The notes under the pieces were generated by a model. The model ran no database searches. It saw only the letters and a program-made list of their open reading frames with translations, and was not told the origin of the DNA. Shown in pieces: positions 12,239 through 21,809 of a stretch of 64,000 nt of DNA. The DNA lies in assembly GCA_040954595.2 (NCBI GenBank), contig CM082595.2, positions 4,201,943 to 4,265,942 on the forward strand, read 5' to 3'. Position numbers and translations under genes: made by a program. Source of the DNA: Balanoglossus misakiensis. Taxonomy: Eukaryota; Animalia; Hemichordata. How positions within the stretch are numbered: the first letter of the stretch is position 1; each line of letters opens with the position of its first letter.

Positions 12239-12289
12239 CATTATTGCCTTGGCCGCAAATACCATCTTCGCTGACAAAACAGCAGACAT
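12239..12289 (-). CDS. TNFR-CARD exon 1: start of signal peptide (MSAVLSAKMVFAAKAIM)
   Basis: Donor ATG|gtaagt in phase 0 joins VTHLLLLA to form a signal peptide. The true start may be the second Met (aagATGG). Confidence 0.7.
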
Positions 12290-14239
12290 TGTGGGGCTCT
12301 GTTCATGCTACACTTACAAAGAAAAGTATTGTACACGTCCAAAAACGAGCCCTTAGTGTCTAAATGAGGTAATTTCGATACGCTGAGGAGCACTCGTACC
12401 AAGATGCTGGCTGCTCAATAGTTACTTTACAAATGTATGATGGGCATAGTCATGATCACGGGACATTACGTCACAAGGCAAGGAACATGTGACCCAGTTT
12501 TATGACGTAGGCGATGCTACTTGAGAACCTCTCATGCTTCATTCAGTTGTTATGTTGTATGAGTGCAGTCGCAAATGCGCCCTCCTGCGACTGCTTTCCC
12601 AATTTATCGCTGAGGTTGTCTGTATTTTTCTCAGTTTGGGGAAAATATAATGAAAAATTCTAGACATGTTAATGCGACATGTATTTGGCTTTTTTCATAA
12701 GCAAACTTGATCATTTCATATATTTTCTGCTCTACATACAGAACAATTACAAGTTATTCATTAGATTATGTACAAACTTGTCATGCACAAGTCAGGTTGT
12801 TTTAAAAGATGTTTATTCATAAATAAGAACAATTAAAAGATTTTTCCATTGTCCCAGATATTTATCGGGGTCTCTTAACAAATGTCAAATTGATACAATT
12901 TTCAACTAAATCACAAAATCTCAATAAAGTTGTTATTTTACTCTCTACTGCATATAGCCATAAATGTAACCAACATTGTTTTAAAAAGTTTGTGTTGTCG
13001 TCAACAAGTTCATATATTAATCAAATCGGTTCATAAGCTCCCATCTTCCAAACTCGTTGCAAATAAAATCCAAATTTTGTCAGGGTTGAAACATCTTTGC
13101 AATTACATTTTCTATCAAATCCTGGTATGTGTTTTGGATTGAATGCCAGAGGCATTCTCTGCACGTAATTTTATATAGGGTCATTCGTTTTAATACTGTT
13201 TCTTAGTTTTATTGTGGACTTATGACCCCTTTGAACTGTGAGAAATGGTTTATTTTACCACCAGTATCTCATGACTCTCATGATTTTGGTGGAAGTCGTT
13301 CATGAATAAGCTTATCAGATCATACCATGTTGAACAAATATAATATATCCGACTAGATGAATAATCACAAACAGCAATTTAGTGATGTCTGCCTGAAGTG
13401 TCAATTCACTGATGCAGTCAACTCCATTGCAAAATATTTTGTTCAATTTGCCAAAAGAATCAATATCCATTTTTCTTTCGTCATTTGGACATTATTCACT
13501 TTGGTACAAAATTTCAAGTAGCGTGTGAAAAATAAACAAGAGAAGAACAATCTGTACATATTTACAATAATTTATCCATGATTGCTCCTTGTTGAAGTCC
13601 ATTTGTTTTGAACTCACACTGGCATCTGGCTTGATTGTATCTACCACCAATTGGACGAAAATCTCAGCTGGAAAACATGTATGTAGAAACAGGAATACCA
13701 ACGGGTTGTTTCCGTGTGTACCCATGGAAGACTGGTCGACTCACAACGGTGGTTGTATAATGTCTTTTTTATGAAACAGCATATTATACAAGACTCTTTG
13801 CATGTGTTTAAGCCATTATATTAGTCGTATACACTAGCATTAGTTATACCTTACCCAATAATCGCAGTCTGAACTGACAATTTTGGTGCGATTTAGACTG
13901 ATTTACAATTCAGTTCTTTATTGTATTTGGGTGTTCTGTATAAAAATATGCAATTATGATTTATCTACTGATACATTCTGTTAAAAACCAGCTATCGTAT
14001 ACCACTACATTGTATCTCAGACAACATGCCTTGACTGATGAGCAAACCTTCGTTACATATCCTCATGTTACCAGATGGTACATGCTATCTTTTGGCGTTT
14101 CTCCAATAAACCGGTAATGCTTGGTCAAAGTTCAGCGCTCCGCGTCACACCGTCTGTTCATAGTCAACACTGAGGGCTATTGACAAGATCTCTTCTAGAC
14201 TAACAGCCCAATCCCTCTCGTGTGTACACTGCTCAGGCC

Positions 14240-14249
14240 GGGGAAACCC
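14240..14249. promoter_or_regulatory. Near-consensus NF-kB site GGGGAAACCC upstream of the TNFR gene
   Basis: One mismatch to GGGRNWYYCC, in a locally GC-richer patch ~2 kb upstream of the TNFR ATG. Confidence 0.3.
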
Positions 14250-15341
14250 TCGACTGTAGTCGTGGTCTGTTCACCAGGCCAGTAGGCGAGGATAAGGGAA
14301 GAGGAACGTTAAAGTTGTGGGGCACAACATTCAGCAGTTAAAGGAACAAAATCGAGATTCCCATGTTTTAACATGCAAGTGATTGGTGTGTTTTAGTAAA
14401 AGCTTCCCAAATCTTTCATGTCCTGCTTTTGTATTTTGCTGTAAATTATTGCTAATGCATCATTTCCCATTTATTTAGAATGGTCACATGAAAACCTTAC
14501 ACGTCCCTCAGATAATTCTATGTACCATTGTAGAAATGGCAACAGCATGGCACTGACTTCATTCCTTTAACTGTCTTATCCGCTACCTACATATTTGACA
14601 ACAGTAGCACCAAGTTAACCAAATGAACCATGCACGTAAACATGCCAGATGGTGAAATGATGGTTTCTCTTAAATGTAAATGGCAGAGCATCCCAGGTAA
14701 AAAAGACCTAATGCACCACTATTAAAAAGACAGGAACAACCATGCCAGAGTAGCACTAGTAACTTCCCTTGGTTTTGTGGAGCACATGCTGTGCAAGACA
14801 AGGTAGAATGTGGATAAACTCTAGCACTATGTGTCCACAGACGAGGGTTTCGATTGAGAACAACTTGTAAGTCATTATTGTGCTGCCCAATTCGCATGTG
14901 CAGTACAGGAGTAAGCTGCATTAGAGGGAGGGGGTTAGTAACTATATACACTTTAATAATTTAAATGTGTCCAGGGTTCAATTAAATGACACTATACTTT
15001 TAGGTGAGCAGAAAAGCAAGGGGGGTAATGAAAACAACCGAAAGTGGCAAAGACTGTACATTCCATGCTGCTGGGGTCAGTACTGTACACAAACGGACAA
15101 TAAAATATAAACCAATACCATGGCGTGGACGGAGGTGACATTGGGAAAAAGCTGCCTTGAAAAGGGTAATTTCAATTTAAAACAGTTCGTATTGCACTGC
15201 TAGGGGCATTGCACTACTACAAGTTGTCTCAATAGCCGAGAAACGCTCCCAAGTGATTATCGCATGACACCGATTTGTTTCGTGGCCGAGATGCGGTCCA
15301 CGTGATCATCACAGGGTGGTCACACGACGAGATTGTGACTG

Positions 15342-15650
15342 TCAGTAGACTGAGACCGTGTTAGTAACCTCGTGCGGTCCATTGGCTCTCCAGTCATTTC
15401 CCGACGAGTTTGCTCTCTGGTTGTCGACTCCGCGCCTCAGTTCACCGAGCTGAAAGTCATCTTGGGGCACTGTCTCGTACCTTGCTCGGGGAAATTCGCG
15501 ATTACCTACAAAGTTTTGGTTTCTTAGCGCCATCCTGTTTTCCTTGTTGTCCACACTGTCTTCGTTCCTGGCTGTACCGGTACATCCACATTTCTGGAGG
15601 TCCTTAGTAGTAGCATGAAGGCGACGTCTGATTGCGCGGCACCATGTGGG
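15342..15650 (-). CDS. iGluR exon 14: cytoplasmic C-terminus (PTWCRAIRRRL...NTVSVY*)
   Basis: Acceptor ctttatacag|CCC, open frame to TGA. Confidence 0.8.
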   Translation of the reverse strand, partial: PTWCRAIRRRLHATTKDLQKCGCTGTARNEDSVDNKENRMALRNQNFVGNREFPRARYETVPQDDFQLGELRRGVDNQRANSSGNDWRANGPHEVTNTVSVY

Positions 15651-15899
15651 CTGTATAAAGACAATGAAAATGAAATTGATTCTAATGTCCTGACAAATAC
15701 AGAGGGAGATATTAAAAGTCGAGTGTCACACGAGGACCAAGTTAGATGTTACAATTTGGGACACCCTATGGTATAGTGTGTGCATATGTCCAGCATACAA
15801 ACACAAAGTGAAAAGTGACTCGTAATATCCCAATGGGAACAAAAATCACAATAGGAGTGTCTGCTGTGTAATCTTCAAAATTACTGTAAAGAATTTTAC

Positions 15900-16072
15900 C
15901 CTTCTTGAAGGCTCTATTTTGAGTGACGTTGATTCCTTGTAGGAAGCCCAAACCCACTCTCCTACCATTACCAAAAAGCCGAACCCAAAGCCGGCAAACA
16001 AAAAGTAGAAAACACCCAGCATATTGTTAATGCTCATTTGACTCCCGGCTTTCTCTGTGCTGGTCTTCTTAT
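15900..16072 (-). CDS. iGluR exon 13: M4 helix (SINNMLGVFYFLFAG)
   Basis: M4 motif. Acceptor ttttacag|AT and donor AGG|gtaaaa. Confidence 0.92.
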
Positions 16073-16354
16073 CTGTAAAACAATGAGAAATTAGCTGCTT
16101 TTATTGTGTTTCACATCTAAGTAGATTTTTACATCATCTGTTCACCACATACCAATCCCGATGTTGCTTCCTTCGACAAACTCCTGCTTTCCACAGTGAC
16201 CCCATTCTAGTGATTCTTATTTTTGGTGTCTTTCATTGGAAATCGATTCAGCCCATACTGCATTCATAATTCCACTATTTTTTTCTCTCAGAAGTGTTCA
16301 CACCGAACAACTGTACAATTTATTAAGTAAATATGGCATCCACCATGAACTTAC

Positions 16355-16768
16355 CCTTGTCACATATCCCTGTGAAATATCTATTTGACAACTGTTCAAT
16401 ATATCCGCTCTGTCTCAACTTTAAAATTTCTAAACTAAAAACGTCAGTCAGGTGTGAGTGTAACGGCAGTCCCAGGCCGTAGCCCATTTTGCCAAAAAGT
16501 CTCCCAACAGTCTGTACGTTACATGGTTCCTTGTTGGCAGCGTACTCCAAAATGGCGGAATCCCAGATGAAGGCGTAGTTGCCATCTTGCACTTTCAACA
16601 CTCCCGACTTGGTGTCGTTCACATTTGTGTTGTATTGCTTCATAAAGTTTGACATTTTCCGGTAAGGGTCGGCGTCAGATTGTTGAAAATATGACTCAGG
16701 TTGACTGCTTTTCACTGTTCCGTAGGGTATTGCAGTCTGTTTTGACAGATCTTCTAATGAACTTATCC
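16355..16768 (-). CDS. iGluR exon 12: S2 ligand-binding segment
   Basis: ISSLEDLSKQTAIPYGTV, YAFIWDS and GYGLGLP motifs. Acceptor ctcag|GG and donor G|gtaagt. Confidence 0.97.
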
Positions 16769-16973
16769 CTGAGGTATTAGAATCAGAAGAAAACAAGTAT
16801 CGTGAATGATAAAATCTATTTAGGTTTTTGAAACCTGTTTTATATCGAATATACAGAGGGTGAATAAGATAATGGAGAGTTTAATACATTTGATGCATAC
16901 TGAATCTATATGAAAAGGAAATGACTTCTTGTTAATATGTTATCACACCCTTTCCCATTCCACAATCACTAAC

Positions 16974-17106
16974 CTGTCGACATTCTGGCTACTGTAAGAA
17001 ATGCTGCCAAGTTGGCTGTGTAATTTGCTGTAATGATAATGACTGCCATCCACCAAAATCCACCAACAATTCTTCCAGAAATAGACCTGGGGTTAAAATC
17101 GGCACC
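16974..17106 (-). CDS. iGluR exon 11: M3 gate ([19 protein letters not shown]...[11 protein letters not shown])
   Basis: Translated by hand because the ORF track shows a different frame. Acceptor cgcag|GGT and donor G|gttagt. Confidence 0.97.
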
Positions 17107-17453
17107 CTGCGTTTCATCAAAATATTGGAAAGACAATCAGCACAATAACTATGGATGCGTGAGATTGTATACACTTATTAGTGTTGATAACACGTAGTGA
17201 GGTAGCTTCAAGCCATCATGTTGGCAAGAAGCTGTTCTCCATGCCAGGCTACATAACATGGAAATCCAATTGATATAGATGGCACTAGTGTATATGTACT
17301 GGAAAGCAAACTAATGGAGATAGATAGGTACCATGCTAATTTTTACATATTTCTGAGATATACACAAATAATATAACTGGAAAAAATGATATCCAAGAAA
17401 CGTATTGACTATATAATAGCCAATTAAGTAAAATGTATGGCATAATCGCAAAC

Positions 17454-17807
17454 CTGTTGCATCCATGACGCGAATGAAAACCAAAGGGCGTTGTACAGAT
17501 TCATGAAACTCCTCGTAGCATGAGCCGTGCTGTCATGAACGTTTTCCCTCTGAACATAGGCACCATAGTATCCATAGGGGCTCAGGTAACTGCAGACAGC
17601 CACACACATTCCGGAGAAAATCATAGCCAGGAGGATGGCCATCCACAGGTCGTAGCTGAAGGGGTCGAGGAAGGCGAACAGGCTCCTGCTTGGCTCTTTC
17701 ACTTTCATTAAAATGGTTAGCCCAAGGTCCAGGTAGGGCTTGGTGAAGGCAATGTATTGCTGGCGCTCATAGCTGATCGTCAAGGATGCAACAGCTACAT
17801 CAGCTCG
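17454..17807 (-). CDS. iGluR exon 10: end of S1, M1 and M2 pore loop (RADVAVASLTISYER...SWMQQ)
   Basis: LTISYER, FTKPY, FLDPFS and WMQQ motifs. Acceptor tttcag|CGA and donor CAG|gtttgc. Confidence 0.97.
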
Positions 17808-17921
17808 CTGAAATGCAAAAATAAAACATTTAGAAACTTATTTTAATGTATGTTCTTGCATTATGCTAATCGAGAAGATACACCACTTGAAAACATCAAA
17901 GACAAATAAGCTTTAACCTAC

Positions 17922-18125
17922 CCCATCTATTAGTTGAGCTACCATTCCATTCCAAGTCTCAGTGTCTTTGTCTCTGGCGCCATACTGTCCGTCGGGAACG
18001 AGGGACATTTCATATTTGAATTTTAGGGTTGACTGTAATTTGTCAAGGAGGTCTTTGCAAAATCCTCGAAACCCGTCGTTGCCAGTTTTGGAGGGATCAT
18101 CAGACAACATGATAAATGGTTCGTC
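17922..18125 (-). CDS. iGluR exon 9: S1 (DEPFIM..GFCKDLL..DGQYG..WNGMV)
   Basis: Conserved S1 motifs. Acceptor ccag|GAC and donor GGG|gtaggt. Confidence 0.96.
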
Positions 18126-18288
18126 CTGGTGGATGAGATATAAATATTGACATGGCTTATTATGTCCGCAACATTATACATGTGTTTGAGAGAGGTCAGA
18201 GTAAACAAAGTTCAGACGTATGTCAGCCAACAACAAGCTTTACATGTAATATAGACATAGTGTAGAACACAACTAAGGAAGCCCTTAC

Positions 18289-18423
18289 CAGAATTGTCGT
18301 GATTTTCAGTGTGTAGTTGCTCAAGTCCAAATTCGTATCAAGTGGTACTTGATTGGTATTTCCGGGGAAGAATATTCTTGGGGAATTGAAGTCAAGTTCA
18401 CCTGGCCCATCCCATTCACCAAC
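18289..18423 (-). CDS. iGluR exon 8: ATD-S1 linker (VGEW...LKITTIL)
   Basis: VGxW motif. Acceptor tgaag|GTT and donor CTG|gtaagg. Confidence 0.9.
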
Positions 18424-18561
18424 CTTCAAATTAGACATTGAATAAATTCGTCAAGAAATGTATCTGTTGTTTTTGTTTTTATAGGTTGACGTTCGCAGTG
18501 TTTAAAGATTTTGTAAACATATTGATAATATGTTATTTTGAACATAGGTAGGATGACTTAC

Positions 18562-18666
18562 CTTAACGAAGCCTCGGTTTCTCAGATTGACAATATCAAA
18601 CTGAGACATCCAGGGCGTGTTCGTGCTGGTGAAATTTATGAAGTTCATGGTTCCATTTGTGTTTAC
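18562..18666 (-). CDS. iGluR exon 7: ATD (..FDIVNLRNRGFVK)
   Basis: Acceptor cacag|GTA and donor AAG|gtaagt. Confidence 0.88.
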
Positions 18667-18787
18667 CTGTGTTGAGTTACAGAAGAGAGAAGGAATGAGA
18701 ACAGTAGTCATCATCGTACTAGCTTAGAGTAGTCCAATATAGAAAATTCAGGACTAAACCATCATGGCTGTACACGTCAGGACTTAC

Positions 18788-18961
18788 GTTCTGTATGTAC
18801 TTTCGTAATACCTCCCCTTCAGTCCATTTGGGCGTGTCCTTCTTGGAGCACGTTCTGGCGCTGTAATTTGGGTGTGTGAAATTGTTCCCATCTTGTAGAT
18901 AGTTGTGCAGAGCCGCGGCAAAGGCCATGACAGCGTCGTATGTTCTCATAACGGACGCCAT
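18788..18961 (-). CDS. iGluR exon 6: ATD (..YDAVMAFAAAL..C..W..G)
   Basis: YDAV motif. Tandem cagcag acceptor and donor AAC|gtaagt. Confidence 0.92.
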
Positions 18962-19358
18962 CTGCTGATGAAAAGACGGTGGCTTTAGGAGGGAACAAGC
19001 GGGGAAACGTTAGGGTTATGTTTGACAAAACGTAAAATGGAAAACGCGACCACTTAAAATATAATTCTAATTTTCTTAAACAAGGGTGGTGGTTGCAGTT
19101 CAGTCCCTGGAGGGTTAAAGCTGAAAAACAGTCAACATTACAAAAATCACAAAATTAACGTAATTGATAACGTAAATGAGTAAGAAACAAACAAGCAGAC
19201 AGACAGACAGACAACATGAATAAACTGTCACCAATTAGGGAGAAAACTTGTGGATGGCAGTTCTCTCGTATGTACATACCCCTATTCGACGACACCTGTG
19301 CAATATTTTAGCTTAGTTAAAAGATTAATGAGATGGTTAGTGAGCAGGCGTGTGCTTG

Positions 19359-19452
19359 ATGTATGTATGTATGTATGTATGTATGTATGTATGTATGTAT
19401 GTATGTATGTATGTATGTATGTATGAATGAATGAATGAATGAATGAATGAAC
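19359..19452. repeat. Compound (ATGT)n(ATGA)n microsatellite
   Basis: Directly visible. Confidence 0.95.
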
Positions 19453-20416
19453 AAACGAACAGCGAGTGTGTGTGAAGTGGTGAGAGGTTGGAGTGATTAA
19501 ATAAGAGAGTATATGTGACATATATTGCGAGGCTTTGTTCTTTGGGAAATAGGTCAACAAAGCAACACAGTCATAATATCTTGCATAGGGAGGGTACAAC
19601 GCATCATTGATGGGGGAAATGAAACTGTTCAGGGTGTCATTAAGGGGAGAATATGTATATTGCCGAAAGCCTGTCATTTCCTAAACACTACAGAGCATTA
19701 GCGTAACCCATATATGGATAAAGGCAAAAGCCATGTGACAAATCTTCATCATCATTTTGTTAAACCTTAAAGCCAACAGGGTAAATGATCTTTCAATGTT
19801 GATAATATACACTTTGTATACCTATTGAGTATAATTTATAATCTGCTGAGTTGATTTTTTTTACGCTCCCCGCCCTCACTAAAGTTGTTAAAAGTTATGA
19901 AAGAATGGCTCCTAGATGGACCCCCTCCACCACCGAAATTTACTTTTAAATCATGATCACTCTCAAAAACTAGCAATATGAATGAATACCTTCCTTTGAA
20001 GTGAAAGGTCTGTGTTTGTCGGAGTTGTCACACACGTGTAGGCATATATGAAGTTATTGACCTTACCAGAGCGCCCTCTATCACCTGGGTGAATTCTTAG
20101 GTGGGTGGCTACATCGACAGTTGATGGCAAGTGCATTACTCAAAGAAATTCTGTTATGTTTAATAGCTGAAAGTAATTATTGTTATTGAGTGCAGGCGAC
20201 TGATCGGGGTACCGTGACACCCGGATGTTGTTAGAAATGCCAAAATTTGTGACATGAAACTAAATGGATGAACGTCCCCTGCCCTAATTGCGAAGCCGCC
20301 ATAAGCAATGAATAAGTAACAAAATCGTCAGAAAACATAACGCAAGTCTTACAAACAGGGATTATAAATGGGAGGGAAATGCGTACATTGAATTGATCTG
20401 TGCAATGGTGATTGAC

Positions 20417-20566
20417 CTCGAACGTTTTGGATGCCTTGGCCAGGGTCATGTCGCTGAAGGACTCCCTGAAGCCACTGTAGAGCGTCCCTTGGCCGATGGT
20501 CGGTCTTGTTCCCAGCACGCCGATCAGGTGCGGCGGAATTTCGAGGCAGTCCTCGTACAGGCCTTC
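20417..20566 (-). CDS. iGluR exon 5: ATD (EGLYEDC..LIGVLGTRP)
   Basis: Acceptor cccacag|GAA. The phase-0 donor GAG|gtcaat is weak, so the 3' boundary is less certain. Confidence 0.8.
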
Positions 20567-20620
20567 CTGTGGGATGGACAAGGACTACGGTACAGTAAAG
20601 ATTAATTGTGCTGCAGTTAT

Positions 20621-20830
20621 CCGTCAGTCAGTTACATGTAGTTAGTTAGACCGTCAGTCAGACTGTCAGTCAGTCAGTCAATATGTTTGTCTGTCTGTGT
20701 GTCTGTCTGTCAATCCCCCAACCAAGAACCAAACAACCAAGAATCAATCAATCAATCAAATTATCAGTAAGTCAGTTAGCAGACTAATCAATCAATCATT
20801 GAGTCAATCAATCAATCAATCCATCAATCA
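20621..20830. repeat. Degenerate tetranucleotide region (TCAG/TCTG/TCAA)n
   Basis: Directly visible low-complexity intronic tract. Confidence 0.8.
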
Positions 20831-20882
20831 ACCATGACAAACAACAGCTAACGTTATGAAGACCAATAATGCCAGAGCTTAC

Positions 20883-21145
20883 TATCGCAGTGACACCATC
20901 CGTTACTATCCAGGCCCAGCCTTCTTGCGTCATTCCCAACTCGGCAGCCTGTCTGATGACGTATCTTGCATAGTTGGCCAAACAGTTCAGGATCACGAGA
21001 CGAACACCCTTGCTTCGTATCGTGCGCAGCTGATCACGCGCATCAACACTGGAAGCATTGATGGTCGGGAGAAATCTTCCCACGTGCGAGATCACCCAGT
21101 TCTTCTGAATAGCCATTCTCTGCAATTCTATGACACCGTTTATTC
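20883..21145 (-). CDS. iGluR exon 4: ATD (..AAELGMTQEGWAWIVTD)
   Basis: ATD motif A..LGM...Y/W.WI. Acceptor tgcag|GA and donor ATA|gtaagc. Confidence 0.93.
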
Positions 21146-21539
21146 CTGCAATTTAAAGGGGTCCTTTTCAGATGAAAGACAATGTGGAAAATATACCCCC
21201 GCAATTGGCTTAATTTACACAGGCATTAACTTCCAAAATAATTGGCATCAGAAATCACAAGCTAGGGCGATGTATAGAGCCATTTGTCTCATTGATATAT
21301 TCATGAACTTGTCTGTCGGTTCGCTGACTTCTGCTACATTTGGGTGACCTAAAAACGCCATGCTCATTACAGCAAGGACCAGTCATGTCTAACTGCAGAA
21401 GCATTCAAGGAAATTAAATGACGCCATTTTCGATGAAGTACTTGGTCTTTGATAAACGCTTTAGTCTAAAAGGGTTGTCAACCATTGACCAGTGCAGAAC
21501 ACATAATAAACATATATATTAGAGTAAAAATTGACTAAC

Positions 21540-21809
21540 CGTAATCTGTCATTGAAGTTAAAATAGCCATTCTTGACCAATGGAAATGCGAGATAATATC
21601 AATTAGAACTTGACTCTGGATGCTGTCTGGGGCGCTCATTTTGAAAAGATAGGTGTATGTATTCGGGTTTTGGGATAACGTTGGATCCGTTGCAAACGGC
21701 GCGAAATGTGGAATGTGTAGTCCGTCGGCAACCGGGTACACTGCCTTCACATCCGTGGAAGTGGTTGGTCCAACTATTGCAGCTACACCCTTCGATACCA
21801 AATAACAGG
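21540..21809 (-). CDS. iGluR exon 3: ATD (CYLVSKGVAAIVGP..LHIPH)
   Basis: GVAAIxGP and IPH motifs. Acceptor tttacag|CC and donor G|gttagt. Confidence 0.95.

Larger units (their letters stand above)
8356..12289 (-). other. Gene span: TNF receptor superfamily member with C-terminal CARD-like domain (7 coding exons, 1293 nt, ~430 aa)
   Basis: All six introns are GT-AG with matching phases (0,1,1,1,1,0). Architecture: signal peptide, TNFR cysteine-rich domains, Thr/Pro stalk, TM helix, Ser/Glu-rich linker, CARD-like domain. Confidence 0.85.

Noticed and set aside
15342-15356. iGluR C-terminus -VSVY as a PDZ ligand
   Set aside because: Terminal Tyr does not fit the class I S/T-x-V/L/I consensus.
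17107-17453. Vertebrate-style intronic ECS downstream of the Q/R site
   Set aside because: Only an 8-bp complement (17151-17158), which is within chance. The exonic repeat is far stronger.
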